DNA from: Candidatus Egerieisoma sp.
GTDB taxonomy: Bacteria > Bacillota > Clostridia > UBA1212 > UBA1255
NCBI GenBank assembly: GCA_045580735.1
Contig: JAZNOJ010000103.1
Coordinates: 225 to 64,224, forward strand
Length of the DNA stretch: 64,000 bases
Reading direction: 5' to 3'
Positions 56,212 to 64,000 of this stretch are shown here, in pieces; positions within the stretch are counted from its first letter, which is position 1, and each line of letters opens with the position of its first letter. The notes beneath the pieces are model-generated. The model saw nothing but the letters and a program-made list of their open reading frames with translations. It was not told the DNA's origin and ran no database searches. The translations under genes were made by a program, and so were the position numbers.

Positions 56212-58074
56212 TTGAATTCAACGTCTGAAAAGAAGAAAAAGGCACCTATTTTTATTTATTATATAATTCTATTGGTTGTCATTCTCATAATTAGCTATAC
56301 ATTACTTCCAAAAATGTTGGAGCCGGATTATAAAGAAATATCATTTAGCGAATTTGTTGAAATGATAGAAAACGATGAGGCAGAACAGGTAGAAGTAACC
56401 GCCTCACAATATACACTTAAACCCAAAAATTTCGACGAAACGAATACGTGCTATATTACCGGAAACATAAATAATGATTTTCATGAGAGTACAGCACTGC
56501 TATCCCTTTTAGACGAAAAAGGGTTAAAATATGATTCTCCAATTATCACTGCAAATTATTGGATGGAAATCTTGATTTACGTAGTTCCCACAATACTGAC
56601 TGTAGTTTTATTCATATGGTTTTTTAGAACAATGAGTAAAAAGGGTGGCGTAATGTCTTTTGGTAAAAACACAGGTAAAATCTATGCTGAAAAAAGCACA
56701 GGTAAGCTATTTACTGACGTTGCAGGACAAGACGAAGCAAAACAAAACCTAGTCGAAATCATTGACTTTCTAAATAATCCGGGAAAATACACTGCAATAG
56801 GTGCAAAGCTTCCAAAAGGTGCATTGCTTGTAGGCCCTCCGGGAACAGGAAAAACACTTCTTGCAAAAGCAGTTGCCGGTGAAGCTAAGGTTCCGTTTTT
56901 TTCACTTTCAGGTTCAGAATTTGTAGAAATGTTTGTTGGTGTTGGTGCATCTAGAGTTCGTGATTTATTCAAGCAAGCTGTTGAAAACGCCCCATGCATC
57001 GTATTCATAGATGAAATTGATGCCATAGGAAAAAGTCGCGACAATGGACTAGGCTCAAACGACGAAAGAGAACAGACACTTAATCAGCTTTTAGCAGAAA
57101 TGGATGGCTTTGATTCATCAAAAGGTGTTGTTATTTTAGCTGCTACAAACCGACCTGAGGTTTTAGATAAAGCACTTTTACGCCCGGGACGTTTTGACAG
57201 AAGAATTATAGTAGATCTTCCTGACCAACAAGGTCGAATAGATATTTTAAAGGTCCATGCCAGAACCGTTTTAATGGAGCCTGATGTAGATTTTGAAGTT
57301 ATAGCTCGCGCTACACCAGGAGCTTCAGGTGCTGACCTTGAAAATATTATTAACGAAGCTGCTCTACGTTCAGTCAGAGCTGGTAAGCAAAGAGTAAGTC
57401 AAAAGGAGCTTGACGAAGCAATTGAAGTCATTATTGCTGGAGAAGAAAAGAAAAATCGTGTGATGTCAGACGAAGAAAAGCGCATTGTCGCATATCACGA
57501 AACAGGTCACGCTCTTGTTACAGCACTTCTTACCCACACAGAGCCCGTCCACAAAATTACTATCATACCACGCACTTCCGGAACACTTGGCTATGTAATG
57601 CATGTTGCAAAAAAAGAAAAGGTCCTAATGACAAAAAAAGAGTTACTGGAAGAAATAATTATTTTAACCGGTGGTAGAGCTTCAGAGGAAATCGAATTTG
57701 ATTCAATCACAACAGGTGCTGCAAATGATATCGAAAGAGCCACAGAAATGGCCAAAAATATCATTACAACATATGGCATGAGCGATAATTTTGGTTTTGT
57801 TGCATGGCAAAAGAAGAATAATATGTTTTTAGGTGATTCTAAAACAATTAATTGTTCCGAGGAAACACATGGAAAAATCGACCTTGAGATACAGCAAATT
57901 ATTTCATCTTGCTATAAACAGGCTGTTAATATTTTGCAAGATCACAAGGAAACACTCGATAAAATTGCGTCCGTTCTTTATGAAAAAGAAAATCTTTCTG
58001 GTGACGAATTCATGAAATTATTTAATGAATTCGAGCCTGACATCGAGCTCAAAAGAAATGAAGATGGAGTGTAA
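56212..58074 (+). CDS. ftsH: ATP-dependent zinc metalloprotease FtsH; TTG start
   Basis: 620 aa. Two TM helices, AAA Walker A GPPGTGKT, Walker [33 protein letters not shown], protease HETGHA. RBS GGAGG lies 9 nt from the TTG. Confidence 0.95.
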   Translation: MNSTSEKKKKAPIFIYYIILLVVILIISYTLLPKMLEPDYKEISFSEFVEMIENDEAEQVEVTASQYTLKPKNFDETNTCYITGNINNDFHESTALLSLLDEKGLKYDSPIITANYWMEILIYVVPTILTVVLFIWFFRTMSKKGGVMSFGKNTGKIYAEKSTGKLFTDVAGQDEAKQNLVEIIDFLNNPGKYTAIGAKLPKGALLVGPPGTGKTLLAKAVAGEAKVPFFSLSGSEFVEMFVGVGASRVRDLFKQAVENAPCIVFIDEIDAIGKSRDNGLGSNDEREQTLNQLLAEMDGFDSSKGVVILAATNRPEVLDKALLRPGRFDRRIIVDLPDQQGRIDILKVHARTVLMEPDVDFEVIARATPGASGADLENIINEAALRSVRAGKQRVSQKELDEAIEVIIAGEEKKNRVMSDEEKRIVAYHETGHALVTALLTHTEPVHKITIIPRTSGTLGYVMHVAKKEKVLMTKKELLEEIIILTGGRASEEIEFDSITTGAANDIERATEMAKNIITTYGMSDNFGFVAWQKKNNMFLGDSKTINCSEETHGKIDLEIQQIISSCYKQAVNILQDHKETLDKIASVLYEKENLSGDEFMKLFNEFEPDIELKRNEDGV

Positions 58075-58077
58075 AAT

Positions 58078-59061
58078 ATGGATAATATAGTAACCGTAAC
58101 ATTAAATCCTGTTATTGATATTCATTATTATTTAGACAATTTTACAGTAGGTAAAGACAATATAGCACACGAAATTCATACCTTTGCTGCTGGTAAAGGT
58201 ATGAATGTTTCTCGCGCGCTACATGTAGCCGGAATATCTGCAGAAGCCTTTGTTCTCTTAGGAGAGGAAAACGCCTCAGAATATTTAAGCCTAGCAAGCT
58301 CTTACAATATACCCGTATCGTGCATAACCACTAGTGGCGCAGTAAGACAAAATGTATCGATTAATACTCCCAAATCAGAAACAAGAGTATGTATGAAGAA
58401 TTATTCAATTATGCCTGCTGTATTACCAGTATTAGCTGCTCGTATAGTACAAAAAATTTCTGACGAAGCTGTAATTGTATTTTCGGGAAGCCTACCAAAT
58501 GGAATATCAATTGACGATTTTGTAAATTTTATTTTATTAATAAAAAATACAGTTCCTAATGTAAAGATTGTTTTAGATTGTCCTAATATAACTGTCAGTC
58601 ATTTAGCAAACATTAAGCCCTTTTTAATAAAACCCAATCTAAAGGAATGTCAAAATTTATTGGCAGAGGCCGGTATTGATATATGCGATTATCCGAATGA
58701 CAAAGCAAACGATATACTTGCATCTAAATTATGTGCTATCACAAATTCAAAGCATGTTATCGTCAGTTGTGGTGCTTGCGGAGCAATATATGCCTACGAA
58801 AGCCATGATAAAAAAATGATTTCAGGTCACATAAATGCACCAAAAATAGAAAATTTACTCACTACCGTCGGTGCTGGCGACTCCATGCTAGCAGGAACAT
58901 TAGCAACAATTCTCAAGCAGAACCATTCAGATATAAAGCAGGATTTTGTTGATACAGTAAAATGGGGCGTCGCCTTCGGAAGCGCTGCTTGTATGACAAA
59001 AGGCACAAATCCGCCTATATATAAAGATATTGTTGAACTTTATAAAACTTTAAAAGATTAA
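58078..59061 (+). CDS. PfkB-family sugar/sugar-phosphate kinase (1-phosphofructokinase/tagatose-6-P kinase-like)
   Basis: 327 aa. N-terminal TVTLNPVIDI, AAGKGMNVSRAL, C-terminal TVGAGDSMLAG. Confidence 0.75.
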   Translation: MDNIVTVTLNPVIDIHYYLDNFTVGKDNIAHEIHTFAAGKGMNVSRALHVAGISAEAFVLLGEENASEYLSLASSYNIPVSCITTSGAVRQNVSINTPKSETRVCMKNYSIMPAVLPVLAARIVQKISDEAVIVFSGSLPNGISIDDFVNFILLIKNTVPNVKIVLDCPNITVSHLANIKPFLIKPNLKECQNLLAEAGIDICDYPNDKANDILASKLCAITNSKHVIVSCGACGAIYAYESHDKKMISGHINAPKIENLLTTVGAGDSMLAGTLATILKQNHSDIKQDFVDTVKWGVAFGSAACMTKGTNPPIYKDIVELYKTLKD

Positions 59062-59067
59062 TCAAAT

Positions 59068-60372
59068 TTAATTATTCTTTATTCTCTTATAAACAAGAAT
59101 GCTTTTTAATGCAGGTTGCTTTGAAATTACAAAAGCATCTTTCAAAAGCTTAGTCGAAGCCTTTATCTCTTTAGCTCTACCACGAACCAATGCAATTTTA
59201 TCCCCCTCATTAACATAATCTCCTAAGTCCTTAAGAAGCAATACTCCTGCCGAATAATCTATTTTATCATCCTTTTTTTCTCTGCCTGCACCACAAAGCA
59301 TTGCTGCCCTTGCAATTTTCAAGCTGTCAATATCATATATATATCCAGTTTCAGTTGCTTCAATATACGCCTCAGCCTCGGGTTTCGGAAAATCACATTC
59401 ACCATCTATTAAATCAATATTTCCACCAGCAGTTATTATTGCCTGACGAAGCTTTTCTAAAGCAGCTCCGTTAATTATCGTATTTTCTGCTTCCACAATA
59501 GCTTTTTCAAGCTCAACATCAAATGCAAGAGAATACATATTCGCTGCAAGAATAACAGACAAATCTTTAAGTCTTTTATCTCCTTTCCCTTTAAGTATAT
59601 TAACAGCTTCTTGTACCTCTAACGAATTACCTACAGCTCTACCTAATGGCACATCCATATTAGTTACAAGGGCAACTGCCCTTCTGCCAGCATTATTTGC
59701 TATTTTTACCATCTCTACGGCTAACCTTTCAGCCTCTTCGGGAGTTTTCATAAAAGCGCCCCTACCATATTTTACATCCAGGACTATATTTCTTGCACCT
59801 GATGCAAGCTTCTTACTAATAATGCTTGAAGCTATTAAAGGTATGCAATCAACAGTCGCTGTAACGTCTCTAAGAGCATACAGCTTTTTGTCTGCAGGGG
59901 CAAAATCACCACCCTGCCCTACAATACAAATTCCATTTTTTAATGTGTTATTCAAAAATTCATCTCTTGAAACTACAACATTATAGCCTGTTATTGATTC
60001 TAATTTATCTATTGTACCACCTGTATATCCAAGACCTCTTCCTGACATTTTTGCTACCCTACAGCCTAATGCTGCTGCAATAGGTGCACATATCAATGTT
60101 GTTTTATCACCAACACCACCTGTGCTATGTTTATCTACTGTATTATCGCCAAGTATGCTTAAATCTAGCATTTCTCCACTTTCTGCCATTGCAATTGTCA
60201 GCTGTGCAGTTTCTCTTTCAGTCATTGAATTAATGCATACAGCCATTAAAAAGGCTGATAGCTGATAATCCGGAATAGAACCTTTTGCTGCGCCATTTAC
60301 AACAAATCTTATCTCAGACTCTGTCAATTCATCGTTATTTTTCTTTTTTTCTAAAATATCAGTCATCAGCAT
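59068..60372 (-). CDS. pdp: pyrimidine-nucleoside (thymidine) phosphorylase
   Basis: DKHSTGGVGDKTT, SGRGLGYTGGTIDKLE. The start is set at ATG 60372 (MLMTDILEKKK; RBS GGGAGG 8 nt upstream). The 34 extra codons in the ORF track read into the IS right end. Confidence 0.9.
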   Translation of the reverse strand: MLMTDILEKKKNNDELTESEIRFVVNGAAKGSIPDYQLSAFLMAVCINSMTERETAQLTIAMAESGEMLDLSILGDNTVDKHSTGGVGDKTTLICAPIAAALGCRVAKMSGRGLGYTGGTIDKLESITGYNVVVSRDEFLNNTLKNGICIVGQGGDFAPADKKLYALRDVTATVDCIPLIASSIISKKLASGARNIVLDVKYGRGAFMKTPEEAERLAVEMVKIANNAGRRAVALVTNMDVPLGRAVGNSLEVQEAVNILKGKGDKRLKDLSVILAANMYSLAFDVELEKAIVEAENTIINGAALEKLRQAIITAGGNIDLIDGECDFPKPEAEAYIEATETGYIYDIDSLKIARAAMLCGAGREKKDDKIDYSAGVLLLKDLGDYVNEGDKIALVRGRAKEIKASTKLLKDAFVISKQPALKSILVYKRIKNN

Positions 60373-60444
60373 AATAAGAGCCTCCCATTCACTATGCAAT
60401 TTTCTTACAAACACAATTAATAAATATGTTAATATTATTTGCAA

Positions 60445-60640
60445 TAATTTGCTATCACTTGAACCTCTCATCACTAAAGTGACGAGATTCTTAGGAACAG
60501 GCTTCCAACGAAACCTTTTTTACCAAGCTATCCCCGTAGTTCCTACGGTTCTTTATTTGTTTTATATAGTTACAAGCATTTTCAGCCCCTCGTTTCGTAT
60601 GTTAATTGCCGCATTTACATCCCTGTCTAGTTTACTGTTA
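60445..60640 (-). ncRNA. predicted omega-RNA (reRNA) of TnpB: 3' end of tnpB through the RE plus flanking guide
   Basis: Position is inferred from established TnpB biology (the omega-RNA overlaps the tnpB 3' end and RE). Two hairpins are seen on the minus strand: CCGTAG-GAA-CTACGG (60534-60548) and CTCGTCAC-TTTA-GTGATGAG (60467-60486). The extent is not determined. Confidence 0.35.
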
Positions 60641-61905
60641 CATTTTGGACACATCCATTCTCTAACAGATAAGTCCTTTGTGACAGGAAATTGTTCACCA
60701 CAGCAACTACATATTTGAGAACTAGGAAACCACTTATCTACTTTTACAAGTTTTCTTCCATACCAATCTGCTTTGTATTCTAACTGTCTTACGAATTCAG
60801 ACCAACTCACATCCGCTATATTACGCGCAAGTTTATGATTCTTTATCATATTTTTCACTTGCAAATCCTCTATACAGATAATGTTTGATTGTCTGACTAA
60901 TTTGGCAGATAATTGATGCAGATAATCTTTTCTCTGATTTGCGATATGTTCCTGCAGTCTTGCCACTTTCATTCTTGCTTTGTTCCAATTCGAACCACCT
61001 CTTGTTTTTCGAGATAATTCTTTTTGCAATTTCGCAAGTTTCTGTAATGACCGTTGCAGATACTTTTGATTTGGAATCTTTTCTCCATCACTGGTAATAG
61101 CAAAGTCTTTGATACCCAAATCAATGCCGATATTTTTGTCTACTGTTGGCAATACATTCACTTCCACATCCGTGCAACACAGACTAACATAATACCTTCC
61201 ACTTGGTTCCTGCGATACAGTGGCTGACAGGATTCTTCCCTGTGGTATCAGTTTGTTTTTCGTCTTAACACGACCTAATTTTGGAAGTTTGATATATTTC
61301 CCCATATACTGAATATTCCCGTTTACGCACTTGCTTTTATAAGAGAATCTGTGCGACTTCCTGCTTTTGAACTTGGGATATCCAGAATTTTCTTTGAAAA
61401 ATTTCTGATAGGCACTGTCCAAATCTTGTAATGACGATTGTAGGGCTGTTGAATCTACTTCTTTCAGCCACACGAATTCGGTTTTTAATTGTTTCAAATC
61501 ATTTGCACAATCATAGTAATTGAGCGTGGTCTTATTTTTCTCATATGCTTTGATACGTGCATCTAAATAATGATTATAGACAAAGCGAGTACATCCAAAT
61601 GTTTTCGCAAGCTGAATTTTCTGCTGTATATTTGGATATATTCTGTACTTAAACGCTTTTTCCACCATCATCACCTCATTTTACCTTATGTCTATACTTC
61701 ACGCACCATACTATATGATATTGTATGGAATATACATATCCTCTGCCACTTACAACATCCATGAGCCTACCTCCAATTGTATACATACTAACATATGCAT
61801 TGAAAAAAGTACAGTAATTACCGGTGGTTAAGATGTTTATTATCTAATATATGAACGATAGCCGATTCATCTCATGACTAAAGTCGCAAGTATTCTCGGC
61901 TATTT
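60455..61905 (-). mobile_element. IS200/IS605-family tnpB-only (IS1341-like, no tnpA) element, ~1.45 kb; boundaries approximate
   Basis: Same-orientation subterminal hairpin modules sit at both ends. The RE (plus strand 60461-60499) reads gaacctCTCATCACtaaaGTGACGAGattcttagg. The LE (61865-61899) reads attcatCTCATGACtaaaGTCGCAAGtattctcgg. These are related sequences rather than terminal inverted repeats, as expected for IS605-type ends. A single tnpB ORF lies between them. Confidence 0.65.
60562..61674 (-). CDS. tnpB: TnpB RNA-guided endonuclease (OrfB_IS605 / OrfB_Zn_ribbon), apparently intact
   Basis: 370 aa. N-terminal [10 protein letters not shown]...Q...L...FGCTRFVYN, Ruv[12 protein letters not shown], Ruv[14 protein letters not shown], zinc ribbon SSQICSCCG...[18 protein letters not shown] including the RuvC-III Asp. 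Confidence 0.9.
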   Translation of the reverse strand: MMMVEKAFKYRIYPNIQQKIQLAKTFGCTRFVYNHYLDARIKAYEKNKTTLNYYDCANDLKQLKTEFVWLKEVDSTALQSSLQDLDSAYQKFFKENSGYPKFKSRKSHRFSYKSKCVNGNIQYMGKYIKLPKLGRVKTKNKLIPQGRILSATVSQEPSGRYYVSLCCTDVEVNVLPTVDKNIGIDLGIKDFAITSDGEKIPNQKYLQRSLQKLAKLQKELSRKTRGGSNWNKARMKVARLQEHIANQRKDYLHQLSAKLVRQSNIICIEDLQVKNMIKNHKLARNIADVSWSEFVRQLEYKADWYGRKLVKVDKWFPSSQICSCCGEQFPVTKDLSVREWMCPKCNSKLDRDVNAAINIRNEGLKMLVTI

Positions 61906-61931
61906 TCATAAAAGAAGTCAAAGAAAACTCT

Positions 61932-63749
61932 TTATGAAAATTGTGAATTATAGAGCGTACTATAGAAACCACCTGTCCTTAGCAATGTTTCATGTTCTCC
62001 TTGTTCTATAATTTCACCATCTTTAACAACTAAAATAACATCAGCATTTTGAATTGTTGATAATCTATGCGCAATTACAAAACACGTTCTATTTTTCATA
62101 AGCCCATTCATAGCTTCTTGAATTTGAATTTCCGTTAACGAATCAACGTTCGAAGTAGCTTCATCTAAAATCAGCATGGGTGCATTTGACAAAAAAGCAC
62201 GAGCTATCGTAATAAGCTGCTTTTGACCTTTTGAAATATTAACACCATCATCTGAAAGCAATCTATCATATCCATCAGGCAAGCTGTCTATGAAAACATC
62301 TATTCCAGCGGACCTTGCAGCCTCATAAACCTCCTCACGAGTTGCATTTTCCCTACCATAGATGATATTATCATAAATTGTACCATAAAAAAGCCATGTA
62401 TCTTGCAATACCATTGTATAAGCACGTCTTAAATCAGAACGCTTAATATTTGATATATTTACACCGTCTAATCTGATTTCACCCGCTTGAGGATCATAAA
62501 ATCGCATTAAAAGGTTAATTATTGTTGTTTTACCAGCACCTGTCGGTCCAACTATGGCTACAGTTTTTCCTTTTTTAGCAACAACATTAACGTTTTTAAG
62601 TATGCTTTTTTTCTCATTATATCCAAAGGTTACATCATCTATTTCAACCTCGCCCATTACATTTTTCATATCAATTGCATTTAATGCATCAGGCTTCTCC
62701 GGTTCCTCATCTAAAATACGAAACACTCGTTCAGCTGCAGAAAAGGCTGATTGAAATTCATGTAAAATATTAGAAAATTCATTTATTGGGCCAGCAAATT
62801 TTCTGGAATATTGAACAAATTGTGCCACTCCGCCTAATGTAATATAGAATAACGAGCCTGCCAAAACAGCTTCATTTTGTGACATCATATACAAAATACC
62901 ACCAAAAACTGCAACAAGTGTAAGTGAAAAGTTATTTATAAAGTTAATAGCCGGAAAAAGCATTGCGCCTTGATACTCGGCATTATAATATGCGTCCATT
63001 GCTTCTTTATTATATTTATTAAAGCGTTCTGACATAACATCCTGTCTTCCGTACGCTGAAATAGTACGCGAACCTGATAGCATTTCTTCTGCGTACCCAT
63101 TCAGTTCGCCATATCTTTTCGATCTCAATCTAAAAAGAGGGCGTACTTTTTTTGAACGATATCTGGTAAAAATAATCGAAACTGGTACAGTAAAAACAAA
63201 TATCAAAATCAAAAGCTTCGATATTTGCCACATAAATATCAAGGAGCCAACAACAGAATAAATACTGGTCATTACTTGAATGATATCATGTGATAAAGTA
63301 CTATTAATGACATCTATATCATAAGAAATATGACTAATAATGTCTCCTGTGGCATTTTTATCGAAATATCCCACCGGAAGTGTGTTCAGCTTTTCAAACA
63401 ATTCGCGTCTCATCTTGTATACTATTCTTTGGCTTAGTCTTAACATTATAATTTCGAGCAAATATGCCATAATCGCTGCGAAAATATAGCATACAAGCAT
63501 ATACGACACAAATTTATATACATTGGGAAAATCTACACCCTTCCCACTACTAATTGCATCAATTGCCTCTCCCGAATAAAATGGACCGAGTAGCGAGAGC
63601 TGATTTCCAATTAATGACAAAACAATTGCCACTATAAATAATGGCCATTCAGCCAATACATACTTACTTAATCTGGTAAAAATACCTCTTTTTCTACCAA
63701 CCTTTTTCTTTTGTACATCCTCAGTCTTTTTATTAATCAACAATAACAC
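61932..63749 (-). CDS. ABC exporter, fused permease/ATPase (type I exporter, heterodimer partner B)
   Basis: 605 aa. 6-TM N-terminal domain, Walker A GPTGAGKTT, signature LSKGQKQL, Walker B LILDEATSNVD. The start probably lies at a TTG a few codons inside the ORF-track GTG (GGGAGG upstream). Confidence 0.9.
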   Translation of the reverse strand: MLLLINKKTEDVQKKKVGRKRGIFTRLSKYVLAEWPLFIVAIVLSLIGNQLSLLGPFYSGEAIDAISSGKGVDFPNVYKFVSYMLVCYIFAAIMAYLLEIIMLRLSQRIVYKMRRELFEKLNTLPVGYFDKNATGDIISHISYDIDVINSTLSHDIIQVMTSIYSVVGSLIFMWQISKLLILIFVFTVPVSIIFTRYRSKKVRPLFRLRSKRYGELNGYAEEMLSGSRTISAYGRQDVMSERFNKYNKEAMDAYYNAEYQGAMLFPAINFINNFSLTLVAVFGGILYMMSQNEAVLAGSLFYITLGGVAQFVQYSRKFAGPINEFSNILHEFQSAFSAAERVFRILDEEPEKPDALNAIDMKNVMGEVEIDDVTFGYNEKKSILKNVNVVAKKGKTVAIVGPTGAGKTTIINLLMRFYDPQAGEIRLDGVNISNIKRSDLRRAYTMVLQDTWLFYGTIYDNIIYGRENATREEVYEAARSAGIDVFIDSLPDGYDRLLSDDGVNISKGQKQLITIARAFLSNAPMLILDEATSNVDSLTEIQIQEAMNGLMKNRTCFVIAHRLSTIQNADVILVVKDGEIIEQGEHETLLRTGGFYSTLYNSQFS

Positions 63750-64000
63750 CTCCCATTTGAGAGTTGCTAATTTCTATATATTCCTTGCAGCTATTCATTA
63801 ATTCCTCGTGAGTACCCTTACCTATTATGTTGCCATCGTCAACTACCAAAATAATGTCACAATTTTTTACAGAGCTTACCCTTTGTGCCACAGTAATAAT
63901 TGTGGTATTAGGCATTTCTTTTTCAAGCATTTTTCTTAAATTTAAATCAGTCTTATAATCTAATGCCGACGAAGAGTCATCAAGTATCAGTATTTCCGGA
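63733..64000 (-). CDS. ABC exporter, fused permease/ATPase (partner A), C-terminal end only; gene continues beyond the window
   Basis: The reading frame is open to nt 64000: ...PEILILDDSSSALDYKTDLNLRKMLEKEMPNTTIITVAQRVSSVKNCD.... This gives Walker B, D-loop and H-loop. A 17-nt overlap with the downstream partner gene is typical of heterodimeric exporters. Confidence 0.85.
   Translation of the reverse strand, partial: PEILILDDSSSALDYKTDLNLRKMLEKEMPNTTIITVAQRVSSVKNCDIILVVDDGNIIGKGTHEELMNSCKEYIEISNSQMGGVIVD

Noticed and set aside
7322-57044. Many antisense ORFs of 60-180 aa inside well-supported genes (for example 7322-7642, 10617-10961, 24311-24847, 32603-33067, 35485-35739, 38430-38681, 47875-48192, 49783-50097, 56682-57044)
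   Set aside because: Each lies fully within a longer ORF on the opposite strand that has clear family motifs. Their compositions (Ser/Ile/Phe/Pro-rich) are typical of antisense frames in AT-rich genomes.
60373-60474. 34-codon N-terminal extension of pdp in the ORF track (MMRGSSDSKLLQIILTYLL...)
   Set aside because: The extension reads into the IS605-type right end. The internal ATG at 60372 has a strong GGGAGG RBS and yields a standard-length enzyme starting MLMTDILEKKK.
60449-61764. Plus-strand ORFs 60449-60718 and 61570-61764 within the TnpB element as possible tnpA or accessory genes
   Set aside because: They are antisense to tnpB and the element ends. They lack the HUH or Y1 transposase motifs.
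1-64000. Scan for CRISPR arrays, tRNA/rRNA genes, restriction-modification systems, toxin-antitoxin pairs, or known anti-phage systems
   Set aside because: I found no repeat-spacer periodicity, no cloverleaf-like or rRNA-like conserved blocks, and no methyltransferase, nuclease or NTPase modules outside the housekeeping genes listed. This by-eye scan cannot exclude small or divergent elements.

Overview
AT-rich (roughly one-third GC by eye) Firmicutes/Clostridia-type chromosomal segment. I saw no rRNA, tRNA, CRISPR array or recognisable defence island.

Layout, left to right:
- 1-4150: decayed mobile DNA. It holds an ISLre2-family transposase with an in-frame stop, a small IS3/IS150-like element with inverted repeats and a TGT target duplication, an IS110-family 3' remnant, and an inverted 48-nt wecC fragment.
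- 4152-17717 (minus strand): a 12-gene, 13.6-kb Wzx/Wzy-type glycan operon. Gene order is NusG paralog (LoaP/UpxY type), DegT aminotransferase, small phosphoglycosyl transferase, two tandem ATP-grasp ligases, three glycosyltransferases, Wzy, Wzx, WecC, WecB. It sits behind a consensus extended -10 promoter and a ~220-nt leader.
- A 5'/3'-truncated TnpB relic, an OmpR/HisKA two-component pair, DegV(FakB) and PlsY.
- A three-gene ABC-2 module.
- THF riboswitch-folT-folC.
- A complete FAS-II/ACC cluster in the order fabT-fabH-fabK-fabD-fabG-fabF-accB-fabZ-accC-accD-accA, with no acpP.
- ftsK, recG, rsmD-coaD, an EEP-family protein and a secreted GH-like lipoprotein.
- A PolC-type replicase that lacks the DnaQ-like exonuclease insert.
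- A GGGtGRT-family protein with an IscU-like partner, two unknown membrane-anchored beta-rich proteins, ftsH, a PfkB-family kinase and pdp.
- An apparently intact tnpB-only IS605-family element with matching LE/RE hairpins, inserted just upstream of pdp.
- A heterodimeric ABC exporter pair running off the right edge.

The candidates I rate highest for new biology:
- the tandem ATP-grasp ligases inside the LoaP-headed glycan operon;
- the exonuclease-less PolC;
- the uncharacterised GGGtGRT/IscU-like cassette;
- the TnpB element.

All functional calls rest on motif recognition by eye. No database search was run.
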